Positions 10,003 to 19,697 of a DNA stretch of 64,000 nt are shown piece after piece; position 1 is the first letter of the stretch, and each line of letters starts with the position of its first letter. Below the pieces are notes generated by a model. It had not been told where the DNA came from, ran no database searches, and saw only the letters and a list, made by a program, of their open reading frames with translations. Source of the DNA: Pseudomonadota bacterium (lineage in GTDB: Bacteria; Bdellovibrionota; UBA1018); the NCBI GenBank assembly GCA_027485695.1, contig JAIXQO010000004.1:194408-258407 (forward strand). The letters are read 5' to 3'. Position numbers and translations under genes: made by a program.

Positions 10003-11066
10003 TTGACCGTACCCCGAATCGCAAGCCCCATCGGGACGGCGATCAACGATGCGGCATCTTGAAGAAGCTCAGGAGGGATCCCCTTCATCGAAGACGTAAT
10101 GCGTGCGAACGGGTTGAGAATCTGCGCCGGGATTCCAACCCGTTCTTCGACGATACGAGAGAGTTCCGGTAGTTTCGAGCTTCCGCCGGTGAGGAGCACG
10201 CTGTTGACCGGAGCTCCCGAAGACGAGGCGTTATAGAAGTCGAGGGAACGCTTGATCTCGACCGCAAAGTTCTCGGCCGCGACCATCATCAGTTCGACGA
10301 CTTCTTGAGGTGTCGCACCGTCGGCAAAATTCGTTTTCATGGATTCGGCTTCTTCGAAACTCAAATTGAGGTTCTTCTGGATGTCCGAGGTGAGGTTCCG
10401 TCCACCGAATGCGGAATCCTTGGTGTAAACGGGCACACCATTGTCGATCACTGCGACTTTGATGGCTGCGGAACCGATATCCACGAGCGCAGTTGCTTCA
10501 TTCGGAATTAAACCGTAGTTCGCCTCAAAAATATTTTGGAGCGCTAGGACTTCGGAATCGACGATCTTGATCTTAAGGCCGCCTCCTTGGATCGCGTTCG
10601 TAAAGCCTTCCATCACGGAGATTTTTGAAGCAATAAAAAGCACATCGGTTCGATGGTCCTTACCACGAGAAATCATGTGGTAATCCATCGAGACTTCACT
10701 CGGATCGAACGGAAGGTATTGTTCGGCTTCCCAGAAAACGGCGTCTTGAAGGTCCTTGACCTTCGGCACTTCGACGGTCATTCGCTTGATGATAACGGAG
10801 GCGCCCCCCAGGCCGGTCACCACTTGCTTCTGCGAAGGTTTTTTCTGCTTAACGATTTGACGAATGGCTTCGGTGACGGCGACTGGATTTACGATCTCGC
10901 GATTGACCACAGAATCTTCTGGCAAAGGAAACACACCGAAATTCGTCAATTGGAATGACTTGCCGGATTTCCTGAGCTCGACAAATTTGACCGATGACGA
11001 GCCGACGCTAATCGCGACTGCGTTTGAACCGGACGTGAGAGAAGCGAGTAAATCGCCAATTGCCAT
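9999..11066 (-). CDS. pilM: Type IV pilus assembly protein PilM (actin-like)
   Basis: ISVGSSSVKFVEL, WEAEQYLPF, ALVDIGS, FGGRNLT, LTGGSS, GLAIR. Confidence 0.96.
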   Translation of the reverse strand: MAIGDLLASLTSGSNAVAISVGSSSVKFVELRKSGKSFQLTNFGVFPLPEDSVVNREIVNPVAVTEAIRQIVKQKKPSQKQVVTGLGGASVIIKRMTVEVPKVKDLQDAVFWEAEQYLPFDPSEVSMDYHMISRGKDHRTDVLFIASKISVMEGFTNAIQGGGLKIKIVDSEVLALQNIFEANYGLIPNEATALVDIGSAAIKVAVIDNGVPVYTKDSAFGGRNLTSDIQKNLNLSFEEAESMKTNFADGATPQEVVELMMVAAENFAVEIKRSLDFYNASSSGAPVNSVLLTGGSSKLPELSRIVEERVGIPAQILNPFARITSSMKGIPPELLQDAASLIAVPMGLAIRGTVK

Positions 11067-11253
11067 AGAAGAGCCGATCCATCCTTGGAGGGTCAGATGA
11101 CTGGAGAAAACTGATGGACGATCACAGTCGAGTGACGACCCTGATCTCTCCCGCTCGGAATCTCCCTATCATCTGATGATCAAAACACTTCCGAGTTAAG
11201 AAAAGTTTACATGATTATGTCAACGGAGCAACTGCCGTAAGATTTTATTATCT

Positions 11254-11871
11254 TTATTGAAATGAGACTTCGCCGTTGTGGGTCGCAATGCGGACCACCG
11301 ACCAGCGATCGAGGCGCTCCGTCGCCAAGTCTTTGACGGGAGCGATAGCAAAAACGGTTGTTTCAAGACCATCTCCGCGACTCTGAAATCCGCGTTCTGG
11401 ATCATAACAAACTTCGGTAGAGACTTGTGGGATGCCGACTTGTTGGCCAATTGCCTGGGTCAAAACGACGAATCGCCGCCCACTGCGCGCACGAGCAACT
11501 AACCACTCCTTGAGAGGCTCACGTCCGACGGTCGAACGACAATCACGAATCGTCTCTGTTTTTATCCAGATCTCGTCCCCCCGCTTCTCCAGGATGATCA
11601 CTACGGGTGAGTGGCGGATAGAGCTCTCGAGGCGCACTTCCAGTACGGTCTCCGCGACTTTTCTTGCGATCCCCTCACCTAGCCACTTCGGGTACCGGTC
11701 TCGGACCGTGGGAACCGCGAGGATGGAAAGCGACAAAAAGAGAAAAAGCGCCAGAATCCAATTCTTTTTACGTTTGAATCGGACCTCGAGCTTTTCCCAA
11801 AGAACGAAGTTTCTCCACTCCGACTCTTTCCAACGATTTTCGGCTACATCAGATTCATGAAGGGGTGCCAT
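11254..11871 (-). CDS. FimT/GspH-like pilin-domain membrane protein lacking a canonical prepilin cleavage motif
   Basis: Hydrophobic helix ending LAVP, then ARKVAETVLEVRLESSIRHSPVVI (FimT-like pattern); lies between pilD and pilM. Confidence 0.55.
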   Translation of the reverse strand: MAPLHESDVAENRWKESEWRNFVLWEKLEVRFKRKKNWILALFLFLSLSILAVPTVRDRYPKWLGEGIARKVAETVLEVRLESSIRHSPVVIILEKRGDEIWIKTETIRDCRSTVGREPLKEWLVARARSGRRFVVLTQAIGQQVGIPQVSTEVCYDPERGFQSRGDGLETTVFAIAPVKDLATERLDRWSVVRIATHNGEVSFQ

Positions 11872-12665
11872 AAGATCTCGCCCAGAAGATGGTAATACAA
11901 TCCCCCAAGCACGAGAAAAGGTCCATAGGGGAGCGAGTATTTCATCAATCCTTCTGGAACCTCTCCTTCGAGCGAGCTCGGCCGTGATTTCTGACGTACG
12001 GCCAATACGATTCCGAACACGCTGCCCACGATCGAGCTAATAAAAATGGTCGTCAGGACACCGAGAGGACCGATGAACGCTCCAATCATCGCGATCAGCT
12101 TGATGTCGCCGCCTCCCAGGCCCATTTTTCCCGTACGCCACTCGTAGTACCAGGCGATCGCGTAGAAAAAGGCGAATCCCGCGATTGCACCAGAAAACGA
12201 TTGAATAACCGTAATAGACGGATCAAAGAACGAGAGCGCCAACCCCCAAACCAATCCACCTAAGCTCAAGCGATCCGGAATAATACGATGATCCAAATCG
12301 ATAAAAGTCACTGCAACTAAGATCGCGGCAAAAGGGAAATCCTTAAGAAATAGCCAATAAGAGAATCCAAAACGGATTTTCAGCGCGAGAAACAATAGAC
12401 CGGTCAGCAACTCAACCACCGGATAACGAAACGGGATAGAGGTCTTGCAATGGTGGCATTTGCCTCTCAATGCGAGGTAACTCAGTACGGGAATATTTTC
12501 GTAAAAGCGAATGGCGCCGCCGCATTTCGGGCAATGACTACCTGGAAACGCGATCGATTCGTCGCGGGGAACCCGGTAGATCACGACATTGAGGAAACTA
12601 CCGATAAACAAACCGGCCACTACCACAAAGACGTTGATCAAGAGCTCCGACGCTTCAAATAGCAT
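11844..12665 (-). CDS. pilD: Prepilin peptidase / N-methyltransferase
   Basis: GSFLNVVIYRVP, CPKC...CHHC zinc site, IDLD, GGGDIKL, LPYGPFL. Confidence 0.97.
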   Translation of the reverse strand: MLFEASELLINVFVVVAGLFIGSFLNVVIYRVPRDESIAFPGSHCPKCGGAIRFYENIPVLSYLALRGKCHHCKTSIPFRYPVVELLTGLLFLALKIRFGFSYWLFLKDFPFAAILVAVTFIDLDHRIIPDRLSLGGLVWGLALSFFDPSITVIQSFSGAIAGFAFFYAIAWYYEWRTGKMGLGGGDIKLIAMIGAFIGPLGVLTTIFISSIVGSVFGIVLAVRQKSRPSSLEGEVPEGLMKYSLPYGPFLVLGGLYYHLLGEILWHPFMNLM

Positions 12666-12668
12666 AGA

Positions 12669-13475
12669 CTATTCACGCCTCTGAATCAGAAGCGATGAGA
12701 CCAAGATCGATGCGAATGTGATCAGTATCGCATAAACACAAGAGGTGAGAACGAATGTGCCGCTCACCGGCAATCCGTAGGTGATAGTAAAACCGAGATT
12801 GAAATTTTCTAGGTTCGGCAAGATGAAGACCATCGATTTCAAAAGGGTCTTGACCACTCCTGGATCCATCTTGACGATCAGCGCATCGATTTCCGAAATA
12901 TTATTTCCTACGAGATAGAGACCAATCATGATGATGACCGTTTCAGACGAGGTCGAAAAAGACGCCACGATCAAGGTCAACCCGGCGAAGAACAAGCTCT
13001 GGATCGTCAGCAGGAAAACCCCATAGAAAAATGTTAGATTGAGCTTACCGCCAAAAGACAGGTAAAAAACTCCAATTGCGGCTGCGAGCACCGTGCAATT
13101 GAGAAGCAAGATGGCGAAAAGTCCAAAAAGCTTACCCAAAAGAAACTGAAAATGGGTAATCGGACGCGCCAGTGCCACGAAGATAGTTCGTCGCTCAAAT
13201 TCCTTCTGAATCATGCTTGCGCAGTGAAAAACCGCGATCATCATTCCCGACAAGTTCATCGCCGTGAACCCAAAATCGATGATCACTCGCTCAGGCGATA
13301 AGAATGTCAAATTCGATGCCGCAAACGCAATGCTCAAGAGCAAAACCGAGAGCAGAATGATGTTCAGCAAAACCTTATCACGCAGGATTTCCTGAAACGT
13401 GATTCTCGCGATTGCATATACCTGTGTGAACTTGATTCCCATGAGCTCACTTCCCTTTGCTTTCACGTGATTCAT
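12669..13475 (-). CDS. pilI: ABC permease of the deltaproteobacterial pilus cluster
   Basis: IARITFQEILRDK, KEFERRTIF..LARPI..FLLGK; follows the ABC ATPase; start could be a few codons later. Confidence 0.85.
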   Translation of the reverse strand: MNHVKAKGSELMGIKFTQVYAIARITFQEILRDKVLLNIILLSVLLLSIAFAASNLTFLSPERVIIDFGFTAMNLSGMMIAVFHCASMIQKEFERRTIFVALARPITHFQFLLGKLFGLFAILLLNCTVLAAAIGVFYLSFGGKLNLTFFYGVFLLTIQSLFFAGLTLIVASFSTSSETVIIMIGLYLVGNNISEIDALIVKMDPGVVKTLLKSMVFILPNLENFNLGFTITYGLPVSGTFVLTSCVYAILITFASILVSSLLIQRRE

Positions 13476-14364
13476 AGCGTTCTTCGAGGGATGACCTGAT
13501 CGGCGCTACACTGCGAATCCGTCCTCCTGCATCCATAATTGCCCGCAAGACCACTTCGACGTTTTCACGGCTATCGAGCTGAATGCGGACCGAGTTTGTC
13601 TTTTCAGATACCAGACTCATATGCGGGAGTCTCGGAAGCTGGGCGGCACTAAGTCCAGCAACCTCCACATCAACCCCCAATGTTTCTTGCTCAAGAAAGT
13701 TCGAGACGATTCCCGTGTCCACTATTTTGCCTTGGCGAATAATGGCTACGCGATCGCAAATCGCCTCTACGTCGGGAATCACGTGGCTGCTAAAGAGGAT
13801 GGTTCTCCCCTCACGAGAGAGCTCCAGGATCAACTCACGAATTTCCTTCCGCCCAGTGGGATCAAGACCGCTCATCGGTTCATCCAGAACGAGGAGCTCT
13901 GGGTCATGCAGGATCGCTTGCGCGATACCGATGCGCTGGAGCATACCTTTGGAATACTTCCTGAGCTCCAGTTTTCGGGCATGAGCCATTCCGACGCTCG
14001 CAAGCACTCGATCGACTCGAGACAATACGGTACTTTTTTTCATTCCAGATAACCGGCCGAAATAGACCAAGAACTCTTCCCCCGTGAGGAAGTCATGAAA
14101 ATACGGTCGCTCGGGCAGATAGCCAATGTTGGACTTAGCACTATTCTGAAACGTCGGAACGCCTTTCCAAAGGACGACTCCCTCGCGAGGCCGCTTCATC
14201 CCGACTACTAAATGGATCAATGTCGTCTTACCTGCGCCGTTCGGCCCCAAGAAACCGAATATCGAGCCTGTAGGCACCTGAAAAGAAACTCCCTTGAGAA
14301 CTTCAACTCGGTTGAGCCAGAAGCCGCTGCGAAAGGACTGTTGGACCTGATTAATTTCTAACAT
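13447..14364 (-). CDS. pilH: ABC transporter ATPase
   Basis: GPNGAGKTT, YSKGMLQR, LVLDEPMSGLDP; pilG-pilH-pilI order. Confidence 0.88.
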   Translation of the reverse strand: MLEINQVQQSFRSGFWLNRVEVLKGVSFQVPTGSIFGFLGPNGAGKTTLIHLVVGMKRPREGVVLWKGVPTFQNSAKSNIGYLPERPYFHDFLTGEEFLVYFGRLSGMKKSTVLSRVDRVLASVGMAHARKLELRKYSKGMLQRIGIAQAILHDPELLVLDEPMSGLDPTGRKEIRELILELSREGRTILFSSHVIPDVEAICDRVAIIRQGKIVDTGIVSNFLEQETLGVDVEVAGLSAAQLPRLPHMSLVSEKTNSVRIQLDSRENVEVVLRAIMDAGGRIRSVAPIRSSLEERYESRESKGK

Positions 14365-14370
14365 TCGATC

Positions 14371-15288
14371 TCACTCTCCCACGAAAATGAGTTGCCTGGG
14401 GGTTTCACTGTTTAATCTTGAATCGTTCGCGACAAAAACTTTACCGCCCACCGGATCCCTAGCAAACCGCGGATTCTCACGCACAAACTTGACCCATCGG
14501 TTCTGTGGAGTATCCCGGCTTGGAAATCGCTTGAATGCTTCATTTGCCTCGGCCAAAAACCAGGCAATGGCGAGGTCCCGTTTCTTCTTTTCCCAAATCG
14601 CTTTCTCGCGTTCATCTTTGGCCGAACGCAACGACTGAGAAATGATTCGGTCCGCAACTTCGTAACGACCTACGGGATCGGAGAGCCGCTTAGACAATCT
14701 CTTAAGATAAATGGGAGCGTCCGGGAACGAATCGATACCCTCGAGCGATTCGGACGCTGCCGCGAGATTGTTCATTTCAAATAGCTCAACGTACGCCTTG
14801 GTCAGTGGGATACGCCATTCGTTTTGCCAATAGTCTCTAATAAATGATTCGGAATAGCGCTTACGAAGCCCGTCTCTCCGGAATGCGTCGCCCTTTGAAA
14901 TAATCAGATAGGCGCCTTCGTTGTCGTTACGAACAACCGTCAAGAAATTCGCACCCGCCGTATAGAGCGCAAAGAATGCGGGATCAACTTCGGTTGCGAG
15001 GTCGAGGTCATAAAACTGCTTGGCTCGTTTGCCGACCTGGACGCGCTTCCACTCGGCGGTCGTCAAGAATTTCAACATGAGCCAATCGACGGCCAAAGTC
15101 GATTGGCCGAAACTGATGATCCGAAAAAGATTGGGGTTCCAGGTATAGCCGACGTCATCCGTGATCTCTTGAGAGACGCGAGGTCGCGCCACCACAAGGT
15201 CCTGTTGGACGAAAAGGCCGACGAGACAAACCACGCCGGCCGTGATCAAGGTCATAAATGACATACCCATAACTCTAGTCTGCATCAA
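14371..15288 (-). CDS. pilG: Myxococcus-type PilG pilus accessory protein
   Basis: N-terminal TM; DPAF..LY...ANFL, WRIP, DPVGG motifs; directly upstream of pilH-pilI. Confidence 0.7.
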   Translation of the reverse strand: MMQTRVMGMSFMTLITAGVVCLVGLFVQQDLVVARPRVSQEITDDVGYTWNPNLFRIISFGQSTLAVDWLMLKFLTTAEWKRVQVGKRAKQFYDLDLATEVDPAFFALYTAGANFLTVVRNDNEGAYLIISKGDAFRRDGLRKRYSESFIRDYWQNEWRIPLTKAYVELFEMNNLAAASESLEGIDSFPDAPIYLKRLSKRLSDPVGRYEVADRIISQSLRSAKDEREKAIWEKKKRDLAIAWFLAEANEAFKRFPSRDTPQNRWVKFVRENPRFARDPVGGKVFVANDSRLNSETPRQLIFVGE

Positions 15289-15414
15289 AACAAACGAAAG
15301 TGAGAGAAATTATACTAATGATTTTCACAGTCGACGGATCCCAAGGTCGGTATTTTTTGACAGTTGTGTACGCGTATACACGCTAATTTATTTAAATTAT
15401 TACTAAACAAATAA

Positions 15415-15442
15415 TTGAATTCCGAAACAACTGTTATAGAAT
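15415..15442 (+). promoter_or_regulatory. Candidate sigma70-type promoter of pilA
   Basis: TTGAAT-16 bp-TAGAAT in an AT-rich intergenic region upstream of an AAGGA RBS. Confidence 0.4.
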
Positions 15443-15489
15443 ATTAATTAGATCGACACTAATAATCCGTGATCGATTAAGAAGGACGT

Positions 15490-16158
15490 ATGAAGATGAA
15501 AACAATGACCAGCCTGCCACCAAAGCAATCTGCAACCTTGAAGAACAGACTTGGCTTCACTCTTGTCGAGTTGATGATCGTCGTCGCCATCATTGGTATC
15601 TTGGCTTCGATCGCGATTCCGAACTTTCAGAAATACCAAGCCCGGGCTCGTCAGCGTGAGGCGAATATCGCGCTGTCCGCCATCTATACTTCCCAAAAGG
15701 GATTTATCGCAGAATCGAACACCTATACGGCATGCTTGAGACAGGCCGGTTACGTTCCTGAAACTAACGGAGCTAACGTCAACGCCGTCAAACGCTACTA
15801 CGCTGTCGGATTCACGACTGCCGTCGTGGCAGCAGCAAGCACTTGTGGACCAACGGGCAACCAAGCATGCCTAGCCTACGACTACTCCGATGCAACGCCA
15901 GTGGCTTGTACCGGCGGTTCGAACGCAGGCTTCACGTCAGCGGTAACTACTGTGGACATCAACTACTCGGCTACGGCCAAAGCGTTTAGCGCTGCAACCG
16001 GTCCTACGATCGCAAGCAACGCGGCAACTCTCGTCATCGCTCAGAACTCGTTCATCGCCGGCGCTGCCGGGAACGTATCTTCGACCAGCTCGCTCTACGA
16101 CCAGTGGACGATCAACGAAGGTAAAATTCTGAAGAACACGACCAACGGTATCCAGTAA
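15490..16158 (+). CDS. pilA: Major type IVa pilin
   Basis: Class III signal RLG|FTLVELMIVVAIIGILASIAIPNFQKYQARARQ; ~200-aa mature protein with 4 Cys; own terminator. Confidence 0.96.
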   Translation: MKMKTMTSLPPKQSATLKNRLGFTLVELMIVVAIIGILASIAIPNFQKYQARARQREANIALSAIYTSQKGFIAESNTYTACLRQAGYVPETNGANVNAVKRYYAVGFTTAVVAAASTCGPTGNQACLAYDYSDATPVACTGGSNAGFTSAVTTVDINYSATAKAFSAATGPTIASNAATLVIAQNSFIAGAAGNVSSTSSLYDQWTINEGKILKNTTNGIQ

Positions 16159-16195
16159 GCCTGATCGATACTGCTTAGATCGTACAAAAGTATAT

Positions 16196-16232
16196 AGCCC
16201 CCCAGTCTAGATTGGATTGGGGGGCTTTTTTG
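16196..16232 (+). terminator. Rho-independent terminator after pilA
   Basis: AGCCCCCCAGTC...GATTGGGGGGCT hairpin followed by a T-run. Confidence 0.9.
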
Positions 16233-16246
16233 TTCATAATCGTTTC

Positions 16247-17953
16247 ATGCTCTTATCGAAGGAAAAGAATTCGCCCTATAAGATCGCGCTATTCGCGGCA
16301 ATTCCGATCCTGACCTTGCTCTCCCAGGTGATCCCGCTGATTTCAGCAGATCCCCTCTTGGAATTCGACGACCTCATCCTTATTCGTTCCGTTCAATCCG
16401 AATCGGTCTTGTCGTACTTTCAAAAGCTTTTGTCGCTCAACGCGATCGACATTCAACCGGTCCGTGACCTCCTCATTTTGGGGGAAATCCGCTTCTCAAA
16501 AATTTTCTTTTCCCCGTTTCATCTCGTGAATGTTTTCCTCGTCGCGACCGCCTGCTTTTTTTGGTTTCGAATCACGAAGAAATGGGTGACCACCCAAGGA
16601 CATGCTTGGACCGCAATGACCTTGGCTCTCATTTGGGTCTTGAGTCATGGTGCCTGGGTATTTAGCTTGAGCTGGGTCGCCGCCCAGAAACACTGGCTCG
16701 CCCTCATCTTTTTGTTGTTGGCCATCGACTGCGCAAGACTCGAAACACATCAGCAGCAGCAGAGGCTCTCGGTTTCAAAGCTCTCGGTCTTCTTCGCTGT
16801 ACTGGGCATGCTTTCCCATCCGATTCTTTGCCTCGTGGGACTGCTCCCCTTCCTATTCTCTTGGTTCTCAAAGTCACGCCCCAAGCTAATCTCTCCGACA
16901 ACGACACTCGCATTGCTCTCACTTTTACTCCTCGGCCTGAACTACCACTACTATCAGTCGATCTATCCAGGCCTCGTTGGGTTCGCGAAGTTCCAACCTG
17001 CGTACGACTTCACATTCGTTTCGACCCTTCTGCTGCGATTCGGGCGATATTTCTTCAATCTGGTTTGCCCCGCATTCATTGCAGTCACCTACTCACCTGC
17101 CTCCTGGCAAAATATTGTCGGCATACCAATCGCCGTCGTGATGGGGTACGCACTCCTCAAGCTACTGCCCAGACTACAAGCATTGGTCGTCGGCGCACTC
17201 ATTTGTATTCCGTTTTTCGCGACGGCGCCCTTTCAGCAGGGTATATTCTTGTCCGATACTTATCTTTTGTTTCCAGTGGCGGTAGTGGGCTGGCTGTTGG
17301 CCCGCCTCGTAAATGAAGTTCCTCGTGCCGGATTCATCGCCGCCGTTTTGATCATCGTCAATCTAGCAACCTCATTCTCTATACCCGAGAGCTTCAAAAG
17401 CGATACCAACCTCTGGATACGCTCGTACCAAGTTGAACCGGATCACAACAGTTTGCTTTCAGTGATCTACGCACAACTTCAACGTGGGCTTCTGAATGAA
17501 GCGCGTTACAATTTGGAAATCGCACAAGAATGGATTCCCGAGAGCGCCCTTCTCAAAGACTACTGGTGCGACCTCCATCGACAAGACGTCCAGAAGCCAG
17601 CTCGAGAGCGCATTGAAAAACTGGAAACCCTGGTGAAATCCAGTGATTCCTACTCCTGCCGAGAGGCATTGATCATTTTGCTTCTCGCTGAAAAACGAGA
17701 CAAAGACGCGATCTCAATTGCAATGAACGTAGGTCGACTCAACGTCACAGACTCACGACACACGGCTGAGAATCTAAGCGCTCGCCTCTACATAGCCTGC
17801 ACAAACGAGAAGATCGAAAACTGCGAACTCATTAAAGAGCGGTGGGTTGACCTGAGCCGGAGAAGGATTCTCCCGTGGAACGAAGCCGTCTACCAAACTG
17901 CCCTTAAAAATATCACCGATGCCAAGATCCGCGACGCAATCAATCGAGAATAG
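16247..17953 (+). CDS. TMTC-like GT-C membrane glycosyltransferase with C-terminal TPR-like region (copy 1)
   Basis: EFDD motif after TM1, FHLVN, SWVAAQKHWL, DTYLLFP, LW..SYQVEP; polytopic. Start moved to ATG 16247 because the longer start lies inside the terminator. Confidence 0.7.
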   Translation: MLLSKEKNSPYKIALFAAIPILTLLSQVIPLISADPLLEFDDLILIRSVQSESVLSYFQKLLSLNAIDIQPVRDLLILGEIRFSKIFFSPFHLVNVFLVATACFFWFRITKKWVTTQGHAWTAMTLALIWVLSHGAWVFSLSWVAAQKHWLALIFLLLAIDCARLETHQQQQRLSVSKLSVFFAVLGMLSHPILCLVGLLPFLFSWFSKSRPKLISPTTTLALLSLLLLGLNYHYYQSIYPGLVGFAKFQPAYDFTFVSTLLLRFGRYFFNLVCPAFIAVTYSPASWQNIVGIPIAVVMGYALLKLLPRLQALVVGALICIPFFATAPFQQGIFLSDTYLLFPVAVVGWLLARLVNEVPRAGFIAAVLIIVNLATSFSIPESFKSDTNLWIRSYQVEPDHNSLLSVIYAQLQRGLLNEARYNLEIAQEWIPESALLKDYWCDLHRQDVQKPARERIEKLETLVKSSDSYSCREALIILLLAEKRDKDAISIAMNVGRLNVTDSRHTAENLSARLYIACTNEKIENCELIKERWVDLSRRRILPWNEAVYQTALKNITDAKIRDAINRE

Positions 17954-17956
17954 GCA

Positions 17957-19630
17957 ATGAACAATTATCTTAAAGCGAATATCGCACTGACTTTCGCTTC
18001 CGCTCTAATTTTCTTGGTCTGCTTCTGGCCGACGCTTCAATCGGACGTACTACTCGGCTACGACGATACGATCCTGATCCAACCTCTAAAAAATTTGTCG
18101 GCCCTCGACTATTGGAAGAACCTGATTGCGATGCGGATCTACGACGTTCAACCCATTCGCGACCTTCTTTTTATGGTCAATATCCGCCTCAGTGCACTCG
18201 GCTTACCTGCCTTTCACCTCGTCAACCTCTGCTTAGGCGTCGGAATTCTGGCGCTTAGTACACGGCTCATGAGTTTTTTCGCGTTCTCAAAGAGTTCAAT
18301 TTGCGCGGGATTAACATGGACGATCACTCACGGAGCTTGGGTTTGGAGCTTATCCTGGGTGTCCGCCCAGAAGCACCTGGGGGCGCTCTTCTGGTTGTTG
18401 GTCGCAGTATGGGTTTACGCGAGACGATCGTCGGAAAAACAGGAACTACGAGGCCGTGACTGGTGGATGATCGGGTTGGCCTATGCGCTCTCTTCGCTCT
18501 CCCATCCGATCTACTTACCTCTTGGACTCCTACCGCTCCTAGTCCGCCTCTTGAATCGCCGATCTATTCCTCAGTCATTCAAGCCAAGTGGATGGGTGGG
18601 TCCGCTCGCCCTTGCTGCAATCACGCTGACTTGCTTAGCGCTCAACGCCTACTACTACCTGAAAATCTACCCCTCCCAGAGCGAGGTCGCTAAATTTCTG
18701 TCACAGGAGAACACTATAGACGGACAACTCCTCCTTCAGGCTGGGAGGTACTTTTTCAATCTACTCTTACCGATCCAAGTCGCCGCACACTACTGGCCCG
18801 GATCCGCTGCCTCCTTGATCGGTATCCCTGTCGGCGTTGCGATGACCTGGACGCTCTTTAAGTTGGTCCCAAGAATGTGGGCGTCGATCGCATCGATGAT
18901 GATCGCACTACCTTTTCTGATGACCGCCCCGTTTCAAAAGAACGTATTTTTTTCAGATACCTACTTACTTCTCCCCGTACTGACGCTCTCAGTGCTTCTT
19001 ACCGCCTGCACTGAACGGTTTCCCCGATCGACTTGGGCGATTTGGATCATGAGCGCCGTGCAGCTCTATTTTTCCTATCCGATTCCTTCGAGTTTCACCT
19101 CCGACGAGGCACTCTGGACGAGATCCTACGAGGTGTCACCCAACCCCTCATCTCTCTTTGCACTGGTTTCCATACATCTCGAGCGAGGCAACCTGACTGA
19201 AGCCGGAACAAACCTCGATATCCTAGAGAAATGGATGCCAGAAAATCCACGCTATCCACGAAACCGTTGCATCTGGCTCAAAAAAACGGCTGATCGTGAT
19301 CCTTCTCGTCGTCTGCAAAACAAAAAATGGATGGAGGAACTCTACCGAACAAGCCAAGACTCCGTCTGTGCGCTTTTTCTCGTCGATTTGTACCAAGCGG
19401 AGGGAGCATGGTCACAGACCACCGATATTGCCTTGTCACTGACATCGCTCAACTCCGAAAATCAATGGGACGGCGAACGGCTCGCAGCAGGACTGACACA
19501 ATTATGCCAGCGCACGAATCGAACTGATTGCGCATCTGTGAGCGCCCATATTCGGTCACTCTGCACTCACCGGCCCAAGCCTTGGGACGAAAATGCCTAC
19601 CTCAAGAATTTAAGTGAGTTTCAAAAATAA
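17957..19630 (+). CDS. TMTC-like GT-C membrane glycosyltransferase with C-terminal TPR-like region (copy 2)
   Basis: GYDD motif, DVQPIRDL, FHLVN, SWVSAQKHL, GRYFFNL, DTYLLLP; paralogous to the upstream gene. Confidence 0.7.
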   Translation: MNNYLKANIALTFASALIFLVCFWPTLQSDVLLGYDDTILIQPLKNLSALDYWKNLIAMRIYDVQPIRDLLFMVNIRLSALGLPAFHLVNLCLGVGILALSTRLMSFFAFSKSSICAGLTWTITHGAWVWSLSWVSAQKHLGALFWLLVAVWVYARRSSEKQELRGRDWWMIGLAYALSSLSHPIYLPLGLLPLLVRLLNRRSIPQSFKPSGWVGPLALAAITLTCLALNAYYYLKIYPSQSEVAKFLSQENTIDGQLLLQAGRYFFNLLLPIQVAAHYWPGSAASLIGIPVGVAMTWTLFKLVPRMWASIASMMIALPFLMTAPFQKNVFFSDTYLLLPVLTLSVLLTACTERFPRSTWAIWIMSAVQLYFSYPIPSSFTSDEALWTRSYEVSPNPSSLFALVSIHLERGNLTEAGTNLDILEKWMPENPRYPRNRCIWLKKTADRDPSRRLQNKKWMEELYRTSQDSVCALFLVDLYQAEGAWSQTTDIALSLTSLNSENQWDGERLAAGLTQLCQRTNRTDCASVSAHIRSLCTHRPKPWDENAYLKNLSEFQK

Positions 19631-19697
19631 TCACGATCTCAAAAACTGATCTGATTTCCATTTCTTTCCAAACGGTTTCAACCGAAAATATAACGAT

